A stretch of DNA of 64,000 nucleotides, from positions 140,898 to 204,897 of the forward strand of contig JBLILN010000001.1 of assembly GCA_047635695.1 (NCBI GenBank), read 5' to 3'. The first letter of the stretch is position 1. Each line of letters begins with the position of its first letter. Both the position numbers and the translations under genes were made by a program. Positions 8,851 to 16,487 of this stretch are shown piece after piece. The DNA comes from Alphaproteobacteria bacterium (lineage in GTDB: Bacteria > Pseudomonadota > Alphaproteobacteria > UBA2136). The notes under the pieces are model-generated. The model had not been told where the DNA came from, made no database searches, and saw only the letters and a program-made list of their open reading frames with translations.

Positions 8851-9048
8851 ATGGCTGAAATCCAATTACAAAAATACGGATTCTTAAGACTTCCTGAAGT
8901 TTTAGAATTAATCCCAGTTAGCAAGTCCACTTGGTGGGCCGGAGTTAAATCTGGGAAATATCCCAAGGCAGTTAAACTAAGCTCAAGAATTACGGCTTGG
9001 AGAACAACTGAAATATCTAACTATATAGCAGATTTAGAAGCTTTATAA
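8851..9048 (+). CDS. alpA: AlpA-family DNA-binding protein (excisionase / island regulator)
   Basis: LRLPEVLELIPVSKSTWWAGVKSGKYPKAVKLSSRITAWRTTEI matches the AlpA/MerR-like HTH pattern: (L/I)P.S.ST.W..V..G.FP.P.K.....AW. Start chosen at ATG 8851 (GAGGA 8 nt upstream) rather than 8836. Confidence 0.8.
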   Translation: MAEIQLQKYGFLRLPEVLELIPVSKSTWWAGVKSGKYPKAVKLSSRITAWRTTEISNYIADLEAL

Positions 9049-9184
9049 GTGTTTTCCTCTTGAAGAGTTGAAAGCGCTTTAAGAGGTTTGAAGGCAAGCC
9101 TGCTGGTGATGAAAATTATCAGCAGGGTTACTTAAGAAACTTTTTGCCTTTAAAACCTAATGCTTTCTCAGCGTGAAGCGCGCT

Positions 9185-9206
9185 AATTACAATTAAATTA
9201 CAATTA
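9185..9206 (+). repeat. Perfect tandem 11-mer (AATTACAATTA x2) just upstream of the DUF736 gene
   Basis: 9185-9195 and 9196-9206 are identical. They are followed by TATATAAGGAAAAAACA-ATG. Confidence 0.6.
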
Positions 9207-9221
9207 TATAAGGAAAAAACA

Positions 9222-9578
9222 ATGTCAAACATTGGAAAAATTATCGAAAAACATACAAATGGAAAAATATTTTACAGTGGAAGAGTTTCAACTCTTCAGC
9301 TTAATCTAAAATTTTGGTTTGAAGAGAATAACATAGATGTGGAAGGTTCTTCTGCACCGCATTTTCTGATCATGACGGAGACCTCTGATGGGCTTGAGTC
9401 TCAAGTAGGTGCTGTCTGGAAGAAAAAATTGGAAAAAATTGGAAAAGACCCTTTAGAATTTTTCAGTTTAACTTTTGATGACCCAAGTTTCCCCCATTCT
9501 TTGAATGTTGCAGCATTTAAAAATTCGAAAATTGGTGAATGGAATATTTCTTGGCGTCGTAGACAAGTAGAAATGTAA
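9222..9578 (+). CDS. DUF736 family protein
   Basis: MSNIGKI...GRVSTLQLNLKF...APHFLI...VGAVWKKK...FFSLTFDDPSFPHSLNVAAF...W resembles the DUF736 consensus as I recall it (IG.f.....G.i.TL.l......AP.yR......iGAaWkk......ylsvklDDPsf..P). Confidence 0.6.
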   Translation: MSNIGKIIEKHTNGKIFYSGRVSTLQLNLKFWFEENNIDVEGSSAPHFLIMTETSDGLESQVGAVWKKKLEKIGKDPLEFFSLTFDDPSFPHSLNVAAFKNSKIGEWNISWRRRQVEM

Positions 9579-9588
9579 CTAAAACTCT

Positions 9589-9616
9589 GGGGGGCATGTT
9601 TTGTATCACGCCCCCC
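9589..9616. other. G7C/GC7 hairpin between the DUF736 and rep genes (candidate origin or nick-site structure, or terminator)
   Basis: GGGGGGC (9589-9595), 14 nt loop, GCCCCCC (9610-9616). It is the only GC-rich element in this AT-rich stretch. Confidence 0.4.
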
Positions 9617-9638
9617 TACACATACAAAAGGTATCAAT

Positions 9639-10778
9639 ATGAAACTCATATATCAAAACTTCGATGGTCTAGACATTAGCTTTCAAGGGGCTTTTCCTAA
9701 AAAATGTTTAGAAGAGTTAGAAAAAGCAAAGCATCAGGCACAAAAAGACAGGCAAGATTCAATTACATCTATAGGTAATCCACAAGTGAAAGTTTCTGTT
9801 GGAGAGTCAGGCGCTAGAGGTGGTTATTTATATAGATTTGATACGGGGCTTGATGGGGAAATCTGGTTTGTATCAAAATCTCAAAAAACAACCAACTGGA
9901 ATATTAGAGTATCTGTAAAAAGTTTCTCATTAGCATTGTATGGTTATGAAGGGGTCAAAAAAAGGATATTAGATAAGTTGGTGCAATTTGGAACAATAGG
10001 TAGCGGAAGTAAAAAAGGCCAGCTAACGGAACGCATCAGTCGTGTAGATTATTGTTTTGATTTTGAACATGAAGGACATTTTAATCCTACGCCTGATTTG
10101 TTTATAGCGCATCAAAGATGTCAAAAACACTGTTATGGTGAGAATGTAGGTACATATAGTGCAGGACAAGGGGATCTAATTAATACAATTCGTGTTGGGT
10201 CAATGCCTGGAAGGCAGGCCGTTATTTATAATAAAATCAAAGAAATTCAATCTAATTCAAAACAGTTTTGGTGGGATATTTGGAATATTGAAAAAGAAAA
10301 TTTCGAAAATGAAATTTGGCGTGTGGAAATTCGTGCAGGTAAGGCAGAACTTGATAAATGGCAAATAAAAAAGTTTTCAGAATTAGAAGAGAAAATTGGT
10401 GATGTTTTTATAAATATTTTAGAAAATATTCGTTATGTAAAAAAATCAAAAGATAAAAATCGTTCTAGGTGGGAAATGGCCGAGTTTTGGAAGGTTGCAA
10501 TAAAAAACATTGAAAATTGTTTAAGTGAATATATTTCAGATGCAAATAGAACAAATATTATTCGTGATTACAGGTTTAATATTGAAAATAGATTAAAAAT
10601 ACATATTTTGGGTTCAGTTATTAGTTACACAACTGTAACAAGACGTGACATTTCAGAATTAACAGTTGTTTTAGAAGAATTTCAAAACGAAATTGAAAAT
10701 TTTTCAGAATTAGAATTTGAAATAATTCAAAAAAAATATGACAAAACTGCAGAAAAATATGAATTTATTGGTGAATAA
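9639..10778 (+). CDS. rep: Replication initiation protein, Rep_trans-like (rolling-circle type)
   Basis: Three collinear motifs are reminiscent of the Rep_trans family: ISRVDYCFDF (RxDxxxD), TIRVGSMPGRQAVIYNKIKE (G-S....-YxK with candidate catalytic Tyr) and WRVEIRAGKAEL (RxE.R). Confidence 0.55.
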   Translation: MKLIYQNFDGLDISFQGAFPKKCLEELEKAKHQAQKDRQDSITSIGNPQVKVSVGESGARGGYLYRFDTGLDGEIWFVSKSQKTTNWNIRVSVKSFSLALYGYEGVKKRILDKLVQFGTIGSGSKKGQLTERISRVDYCFDFEHEGHFNPTPDLFIAHQRCQKHCYGENVGTYSAGQGDLINTIRVGSMPGRQAVIYNKIKEIQSNSKQFWWDIWNIEKENFENEIWRVEIRAGKAELDKWQIKKFSELEEKIGDVFINILENIRYVKKSKDKNRSRWEMAEFWKVAIKNIENCLSEYISDANRTNIIRDYRFNIENRLKIHILGSVISYTTVTRRDISELTVVLEEFQNEIENFSELEFEIIQKKYDKTAEKYEFIGE

Positions 10779-10791
10779 AAGGCGTTAAAAA

Positions 10792-10830
10792 GTTAAGGCT
10801 CAGTTTTTTATATAAATACTGAGCCTTAAC
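10792..10830. terminator. Bidirectional terminator between the convergent rep and ABC ATPase genes
   Basis: Perfect 12-bp stem GTTAAGGCTCAG / CTGAGCCTTAAC with a 15-nt AT loop that begins TTTTTT. Confidence 0.6.
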
Positions 10831-10831
10831 C

Positions 10832-12547
10832 TTAATCAAACTGCTCACCAAAAAGTTTATTACTTGGGTCTGAGTCGTAAAGTTCAAGAATTATGCTATC
10901 CTCAATCTCTTGGCGCTCTTCTTTTGATAATATTGAGGGTTGTTTATTGTCCTTGTCCAAAACTTCGTTAAGTGAGGCCTCTCCAATGTTAATAAAGTAT
11001 TGAAGGCCTTGCTCGTGGATATGATCTAAAGCTACTTTAAAAATCATAGCTTTTTGTCGTGGATCCATTTCTGAGAATATACATCCATCGTGCGCAATAA
11101 AATTTAATAGATTGGGGTTTAATGAGTAAAGTAGGAAATCATAACAAAATATTTTGACCTCATTAATTCCTTGTGATCCATCATTTGGTATCTCAGCTTG
11201 AATGTCATAGAGGTATTTTGCATCCACAGTTTCTTTGATCTCGAAAGATCCCCCCGAGTTTTCATAAAACCTTTTAACAAGTGACCTGAATTTGTCTTCG
11301 ATAGTATCAAATTCATTTTTAGTGCTTTTCAGATAAGCTAGGCTATCATTTTTTACTCTTGCATTTTCTAGATCAAGATGACTTCTTTCTTTTTTGAAAC
11401 CCTCTATTACCGTTTTGTATTTGTTTAGCTCTTGTACTTCAGAATTGATATTTTTTATTCTCTCATGAATAGAAGTATATTCTTCCAAAGCTCCTTTTGA
11501 GTTTAGGTCTTTAAGTATATTGTCTCGACAGAGCTCGCTTTGATGAAGCTTTGATTCGAGTGCTTCTAGTTCTTTTCTTAAAGATACTGTTTCGGTATTT
11601 AGGCGGTTAATCCTGCTAACCATTAATTTTTTATGGAAATTATTAGCATCTTCTAGTCTTACCTTTACACCATCTCCAAAGAAGAATTTTGCCTCATCGT
11701 ATAATCTGTAAATTTCTGGTAGATCCACACCAATTGATTTTGAATATTCTAGACTTTGAGATTTACGTAAAATGCTGTTGTTTAATTCGTGAGAATCATT
11801 GCGCATTTTATTTATATCTGCTGTTAGGAGATCAGCTTCTTGTAAAAATTTATCATAATTTTCTGCAATTATGAATTCATTTTTCTCTGTAATTAAAGTA
11901 CTAAGCTGATCTTCTAGGTCTTTTATGTTACTTTTCTCTAATAAGGGTTCATATTCCTTTACTGCTTTCTCAGCGTGTGTGAGCTGATTTAGTTTATTCT
12001 TAATTAGGAATTTCTCTTCTACAAGGTCAGTCTCTACATTGAGTAACGATAGATTGGTATATCTTTGATAATAATCAGATTCTGGCATATCTTGTTGCGT
12101 GAGAATGTTGGAATAATAACTCCCACCATATCGGCGTGCAAATGTATTAAGGATATGTTTAAAAGTAACGTTTGAATTAAGCTTATCGCCAATGATTATA
12201 TCTCTTATTTCTTTTGGAAAGCTGCTTTGATTGACTTTTTTTCCATTAATGTAATAATCAGTTTTAGAAAAATCCTTTTGTATAGTATAGGGCTCTCCAT
12301 CTTGTGTGAATTGTAGATAAAAATTTCCGTATTTGGACAGGAAGTCGTAAACTTTTTTCTGCTTCTTCTTGTCAAGTCTACTACCCAGCATTAAATGAAC
12401 TAAGTTTAGCGTAAAGCTTTTGCCTACACCATTATATGTCTTTTTGTTTGAATCTGTTCGTTGTAGTCCAGCAATTATATTTAGGCCATCTTTAAAAGTA
12501 ATGGTTCTAAAATTTTTATTGTCAGATCTTAATTCTAATAGCTTCAT
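10832..12547 (-). CDS. Coiled-coil ABC/SMC-like ATPase with a DUF2326-like C-terminus (ATPase component of an ABC-3C / Lamassu-like system)
   Basis: The N-terminus MKLLELRSDNKNFRTITFKDGLNIIAG...NGVGKSFTLNLVHLML holds the P-loop. About 250 aa are heptad-rich (KELEALESKLHQSE and similar). The C-terminus is DGSQGINEVKIFCYDFLL (signature-like), NFIAHDGCIFSEMDPRQK (Walker B/D-loop-like) and LQYFINI. Confidence 0.7.
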   Translation of the reverse strand: MKLLELRSDNKNFRTITFKDGLNIIAGLQRTDSNKKTYNGVGKSFTLNLVHLMLGSRLDKKKQKKVYDFLSKYGNFYLQFTQDGEPYTIQKDFSKTDYYINGKKVNQSSFPKEIRDIIIGDKLNSNVTFKHILNTFARRYGGSYYSNILTQQDMPESDYYQRYTNLSLLNVETDLVEEKFLIKNKLNQLTHAEKAVKEYEPLLEKSNIKDLEDQLSTLITEKNEFIIAENYDKFLQEADLLTADINKMRNDSHELNNSILRKSQSLEYSKSIGVDLPEIYRLYDEAKFFFGDGVKVRLEDANNFHKKLMVSRINRLNTETVSLRKELEALESKLHQSELCRDNILKDLNSKGALEEYTSIHERIKNINSEVQELNKYKTVIEGFKKERSHLDLENARVKNDSLAYLKSTKNEFDTIEDKFRSLVKRFYENSGGSFEIKETVDAKYLYDIQAEIPNDGSQGINEVKIFCYDFLLYSLNPNLLNFIAHDGCIFSEMDPRQKAMIFKVALDHIHEQGLQYFINIGEASLNEVLDKDNKQPSILSKEERQEIEDSIILELYDSDPSNKLFGEQFD

Positions 12548-12752
12548 CAGTTCCCTCTAGCTTTCCAATAATAAATAAATAGTTTAAGCACAATAAAATG
12601 GTTTCAATACTTATGGGTTTTGGGTGGTTTTTATTAAGTTGATCGTGTAGTTTATCAACTGAAATATCTTGTGTTCCCATGATTTTAAGAACGTTGGAAG
12701 AGATATAAAACAATGAATCAATAGGCCTTACACTTTTATTGGGTAAAATCAT
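12522..12752 (-). CDS. Small middle-component protein (76 aa) of the three-gene system
   Basis: Its ATG overlaps the upstream stop (ATGA at 12749-12752). Its last 26 nt overlap the ATPase start, which is preceded by GAGGGA. The size and position match ABC-3C MC / LmuC / DdmB-type adaptors. No catalytic motif is present. Confidence 0.6.
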   Translation of the reverse strand: MILPNKSVRPIDSLFYISSNVLKIMGTQDISVDKLHDQLNKNHPKPISIETILLCLNYLFIIGKLEGTDEAIRIKI

Positions 12753-13795
12753 TTTAGATGTACCCCTATATCACAGGCTTCAAAAAAGTATGCTACAATT
12801 ATCCACGATATATTCATATTGTTAAAATCTTTTATTGTAATCAACTCTGAAATTGAACTTTTAAGAGTAAAGATTATTCTGCTGAAATTTAACTCATACT
12901 GTATTGCAAGGTTATGTATTTCAGATATATCTTTTTCTTTAAGTTCTTTTTTGTTTTCCTTAGATTTTAATTCTTCGATTAGGATATTTCGATATAGATC
13001 GTTAATTACTAATTCACGTAAATTTATTCTGATATTTTCATCTTGTATGGAGTCAAGAATAGAGGTGTAGTCTAGGTAAGTATTTATATCATGTGCAACT
13101 CGAGGCACTATTTTGTTAAGTTTAAGCTTTTCTTCTACGAATATTGATCCAAGGTCACTGTCATATTGAAATAATAATTTATTATGGTCTGTTAGTAGTT
13201 TTTTACAGATCAAATTAAGTACAATCTCATCTGTATATTTTTCTGTGTGTGGGGCAAAGTATTTTTTTGAAAGCTCTATTAATTTGTTTGTTTCAAGCTT
13301 CTCTATTTTTCGAATTAAATCACTGGAGTCTCTAAGTGCTTTTTTTAAATCTACTTCGGGGTGTATATCATTTATTTCATCAATAACCTTTTGGCTAGGA
13401 GAGGCTTTGTCAAATAAGAAAAAAATGTAAATTTTGTAGTCTTTATATTTAGATCTGTTAAATATTTTTAAGGTGTTCAAGATTTTATCTTTAGTTCTTG
13501 TTGTTGTTATTTGTATGAATTCCTTCTTGTCATGGTCTACTAAATCAATATACGGCTCGTTTGCATTTTCATCGTTAGCGTTTTTGAAATTTCTATTAAA
13601 AATGAAATTAAAAACGTCTCTGAAATAGTTTTCAGCATGTATGTTGAGGGATAAATCATTGATTGCTTGATGATGCTCTATATCAAGTTTTGTAATGGCT
13701 AGTACACGACTTATGGTGTTGATAGCTGTTGCTCTGTCATCAATCATATTAGCCGCCCAATCCTGTGATTTTGAAGGAATATTGTTTAAATTCAA
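12749..13795 (-). CDS. Putative effector/sensor: SMEK-like N-terminal domain plus alpha-helical C-terminal coupling domain
   Basis: The N-terminal region HAENYFRDVFNFIFNRNFKN...EPYIDLVDHDKKEFIQITTTRTKDKI resembles what NCBI labels SMEK domain proteins (from memory). The C-terminal 150 aa are helical and end in ...IVAYFFEACDIGV. The start is uncertain: TTG 13795 or ATG 13747. Confidence 0.5.
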   Translation of the reverse strand: MNLNNIPSKSQDWAANMIDDRATAINTISRVLAITKLDIEHHQAINDLSLNIHAENYFRDVFNFIFNRNFKNANDENANEPYIDLVDHDKKEFIQITTTRTKDKILNTLKIFNRSKYKDYKIYIFFLFDKASPSQKVIDEINDIHPEVDLKKALRDSSDLIRKIEKLETNKLIELSKKYFAPHTEKYTDEIVLNLICKKLLTDHNKLLFQYDSDLGSIFVEEKLKLNKIVPRVAHDINTYLDYTSILDSIQDENIRINLRELVINDLYRNILIEELKSKENKKELKEKDISEIHNLAIQYELNFSRIIFTLKSSISELITIKDFNNMNISWIIVAYFFEACDIGVHLK

Positions 13796-13988
13796 TGCTA
13801 TTTATATAGTTTAGTGTTGATTAACGCAACATAAAGTTGTAGAAATATGGCGAACTACATTCGTTAATAGAGTTACTTGGGAGCAATGAGATAAAGCAGA
13901 TGTGTTTAACATCGATGGTAAATTGATGCAAATAGTGCAGTAATAGCTATATATGATAGAGATAATAATTGTAGGAGTGTTGTGATAA

Positions 13989-15656
13989 ATGGAACTTGAA
14001 AAAGTAAAGATTGAAAAATTTAAGAGTATTCTTAAGTTAGAGTTGGAATTATCGTCAATAAATTACCTTGTTGGTGGCAATAATGCAGGTAAGAGTAGCA
14101 CTCTACAGGCTATACATACGGCAGTTACAGCTGCACAAACCTCTACGGAGTTGAAATCAAAAATATTAGGGGATAAATTTATTAAATATTGCCCTACGGG
14201 GAATTTTGCGGACATTGGCTATAATGGTCCATTAGGAAATATGGCATCAGGAAAAAGGTCTATTGTTTCTTTTTATGGGAAGAATGATAATGAGGATGAT
14301 GTAAGTTATGCTATAGAGCTATATAAAGGTAGAAACTCTGGCGCAGGTGTTGAAAAATCTGCCGTTGCGGTTGGTTTTAGTAACCATATTGTTAAGTCTA
14401 ACCATCATTTTAGTATCTATGTACCAGGTTTGGCGGGAATACCTCATTATGAAGAGTATAGAAGTCCCGCAAATGTTATTCGTAAAATTGCCGGTGGTGA
14501 AGCTAATTCAGTTTTAAGAAACGTATTACTTCTTATAAAGAAAAAAGGTCAATTAGACACATTAAAATCTTATATGAAAAATGTATTTCCTGATTTTAAT
14601 ATAACAGTTTTGTTTGATGAAAAAAAAGATCAATATATAGAAGTTAAAGGTTCAGTTAAAAAAGGCGGAAAACTCATGCCAATTGACCTTGTTGGTACTG
14701 GAGTTTTACAGGCCTTGCAACTTTTTTCATATGTTATTTGTTTTGAACCAGTTCTATTACTTTTAGATGAGCCAGATTCACACCTACACCCGTCGAATCA
14801 AGAGCTGTTAATTAAAACATTTGAATTTATCTCAGAGGTTACAAAAACTAAAATTATTTTAGCTACGCATAGCCGGCATATGATTAATAACTTGCCAGAC
14901 GGTGCAAAACTATTTTGGTTGGAGAAAGGTAAGTTAAAACTTGACGAAGACTTTGATAGGATAAAATTACTGAATGATTTGGGTGCGCTTGACCACTCTG
15001 ATGAGTTAACTAAAGATTTGGTAATACTAACAGAGGATAAGGATAAGAAGCTTTTAGCTAAGTTATTAAATCAAATTGACACCCCAGTAGATCGAATTGG
15101 TATAGTAAGTTATAATGGGATATCAAATTATAGAATAGCTTTGCATCTGGCAAGAGAGCTTTTAAATGATAATCAAAAAGTAATCGTACATCGAGACCGT
15201 GATTTTTTAACAGAAACGGAGGTTCAGTCTTGGGAAGAAATTGTAAAAAACAACCAAGCTATTCCGTATACAACAGAAGGTAGTGATCTTGAGATGTGTT
15301 TTTTGAATATAGAGCATTTGGCAGATATTTCGGGGAGAAGTGTATCTGATGTTCAAGGGTATGTTGAATCTATAATTGAAGGGAATTCGATAGAGTGGCG
15401 TAAGAAGTTTTCTATGAAGCGCCAGGACTGTATAAGGAGAGAATATCCAAATGGTGGAAGTCCTGCAACGTCTGATTTGTGCCCTGACGATGCCCCTTTA
15501 GGTTTTGAGCATGTTGTTGGGAAGCTTTTGTTGAAAAAAATCCGAAGCGGCTCTTTGTCTGATTTTAATGTTCAGATCGAACCTACTGATAACAGTGAGT
15601 GCCGAAGCCTGGCTCCTACATTGAAGGGTATCGTTGATCAAGTATTTTCACAATGA
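13989..15656 (+). CDS. ABC-type (AAA_15/AAA_21-like) ATPase with a C-terminal Toprim/DUF4435-like region; OLD-family or fused PARIS-like candidate
   Basis: Walker A GGNNAGKSS, GTGVLQAL signature-like motif, Walker B LLLLDEPDSHLHP and H-loop LATHS. The C-terminal LVILTEDKDKKLL ... VIVHRDRDFL fits an E...DxD Toprim-like pattern. AGGAG lies 11 nt upstream of the ATG. Confidence 0.6.
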   Translation: MELEKVKIEKFKSILKLELELSSINYLVGGNNAGKSSTLQAIHTAVTAAQTSTELKSKILGDKFIKYCPTGNFADIGYNGPLGNMASGKRSIVSFYGKNDNEDDVSYAIELYKGRNSGAGVEKSAVAVGFSNHIVKSNHHFSIYVPGLAGIPHYEEYRSPANVIRKIAGGEANSVLRNVLLLIKKKGQLDTLKSYMKNVFPDFNITVLFDEKKDQYIEVKGSVKKGGKLMPIDLVGTGVLQALQLFSYVICFEPVLLLLDEPDSHLHPSNQELLIKTFEFISEVTKTKIILATHSRHMINNLPDGAKLFWLEKGKLKLDEDFDRIKLLNDLGALDHSDELTKDLVILTEDKDKKLLAKLLNQIDTPVDRIGIVSYNGISNYRIALHLARELLNDNQKVIVHRDRDFLTETEVQSWEEIVKNNQAIPYTTEGSDLEMCFLNIEHLADISGRSVSDVQGYVESIIEGNSIEWRKKFSMKRQDCIRREYPNGGSPATSDLCPDDAPLGFEHVVGKLLLKKIRSGSLSDFNVQIEPTDNSECRSLAPTLKGIVDQVFSQ

Positions 15657-15720
15657 TTCTGTAAATGCTGTTCCTGAAATTCAATAAAGTCCAGCCACAT
15701 CCAGCACTTTAGCGGTTACC

Positions 15721-15733
15721 TTTGCGGGTACAT
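15721..15733 (-). repeat. Fourth copy of the ATGTACCCGCAAA motif, inverted, about 60 bp inside attR
   Basis: TTTGCGGGTACAT on the plus strand is the reverse complement of ATGTACCCGCAAA. Confidence 0.5.
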
Positions 15734-15791
15734 TGATTTTATAAAAACTATAAACACATTTGATAACAAGTAGTTATGCGCTTGATCGTGC

Positions 15792-15870
15792 TCCTACCAC
15801 CTTTTCCAGCCATTTATTCATTTAAAGGAGTCCAGTGAAGTTCACTAGGCTCCTTTTTTCTTTTTTTTTC
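15792..15870 (+). repeat. attR: degenerate copy of the tRNA-Gln 3' end plus terminator
   Basis: TCCTACCACCttttCCAGCCATTTATTCATttaaaGGaGTCCAGTgAAGTTcACTAGgCTCCTTTTTTCTTTTTTTTT. The acceptor 3' strand is broken by a TTTT insertion, so this is not a functional tRNA end. Confidence 0.75.
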
Positions 15871-15997
15871 AACGTTTTCGTGTTTAATTATGTCCAAGTA
15901 GGTTTTGTACCATCCTAAACAAGTGGGGGTACTTTCGGGGGCATGTACCCCCAAACTTAAAAATATATTTGAATTATAAAATTAGGATACCCCCCAA

Positions 15998-16363
15998 ATG
16001 GGAAATAAAATCAGTGATGAACAGCGTTCTTATGATAATGAACGTGATCATGTCCAATTTAAGCGTGAAGTTGTAGTAGAGATTATGAAGGAACGTTTTG
16101 ATGTTACAAAGCGTTGTATGTCTGCACTATTTATGGCAAATGCTGGTGCAATAATTGCTGTTCCTGCCTTTTTGGCCCTGAGTGATAATTTTTTAGAGGA
16201 TTGGGTGTTTGACGTTATAGGTATATATACTTTCGGTATAGTAACCTGCTTGTTATCATACTTTTCTTTTACTTATAGTTTAGAGAATTTAGAAAATAAA
16301 TTTAATTATGACGAAAGGTCTCCAAAATCTATAGCTTCAGAGTCGATATATGATTCTGGTTAA
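15998..16363 (+). CDS. Hypothetical small membrane protein (121 aa), possibly disrupted
   Basis: It has two hydrophobic helices (ALFMANAGAIIAVPAFLAL and IGIYTFGIVTCLLSYFSF). After the TAA at 16361-16363 the same frame stays open to 16513 and encodes another helix (LVTVFLLVFSASAFITASF). Confidence 0.4.
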   Translation: MGNKISDEQRSYDNERDHVQFKREVVVEIMKERFDVTKRCMSALFMANAGAIIAVPAFLALSDNFLEDWVFDVIGIYTFGIVTCLLSYFSFTYSLENLENKFNYDERSPKSIASESIYDSG

Positions 16364-16487
16364 CTAGTTACAGTTTTTTTGCTGGTTTTTTCGGCAAGTG
16401 CTTTCATAACGGCTAGTTTTCAGATGGCTAGTAGCCTTGAGGAAAATACAGTAATTGCTAAACATGAAGTATCTGTGGAGATAAATG

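Larger units (their letters stand above)
5742..15870. mobile_element. tRNA-Gln-associated integrative genomic island (about 10.1 kb) with integrase, AlpA, a replication module and defence-like cargo
   Basis: It is bounded by an imperfect direct repeat (5742-5810 versus 15792-15870). A P4-type integrase lies 1.1 kb from the tRNA. The island is AT-rich relative to its flanks: hand count 17/60 G+C for 10261-10320 versus 27/60 for 2221-2280. Confidence 0.8.

Noticed and set aside
9049-9140. Two imperfect hairpins after alpA (CCTCTTGAAG...CTTTAAGAGG and CCTGCTG...CAGCAGG)
   Set aside because: Neither is followed by a T-run, and the stems contain mismatches. They may be weak terminators or binding sites, but the evidence is insufficient to annotate them.
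12819-13430. Plus-strand ORFs (83 and 61 aa) antisense to the SMEK-like gene, and similar ones at 11119-11316 and 11689-11874 within the ATPase gene
   Set aside because: They are typical spurious ORFs of AT-rich DNA (Ile/Phe/Ser/Leu-rich) with no RBS. The sense genes form a coupled operon.
5742-15870. Calling the island a bona fide phage satellite (P4-like or PICI)
   Set aside because: The int + alpA + rep combination is suggestive. But I find no capsid-remodelling, terminase small subunit, head-completion or primase-helicase genes, so the label is not supported by the sequence alone. I kept only the generic integrative replicative island call.
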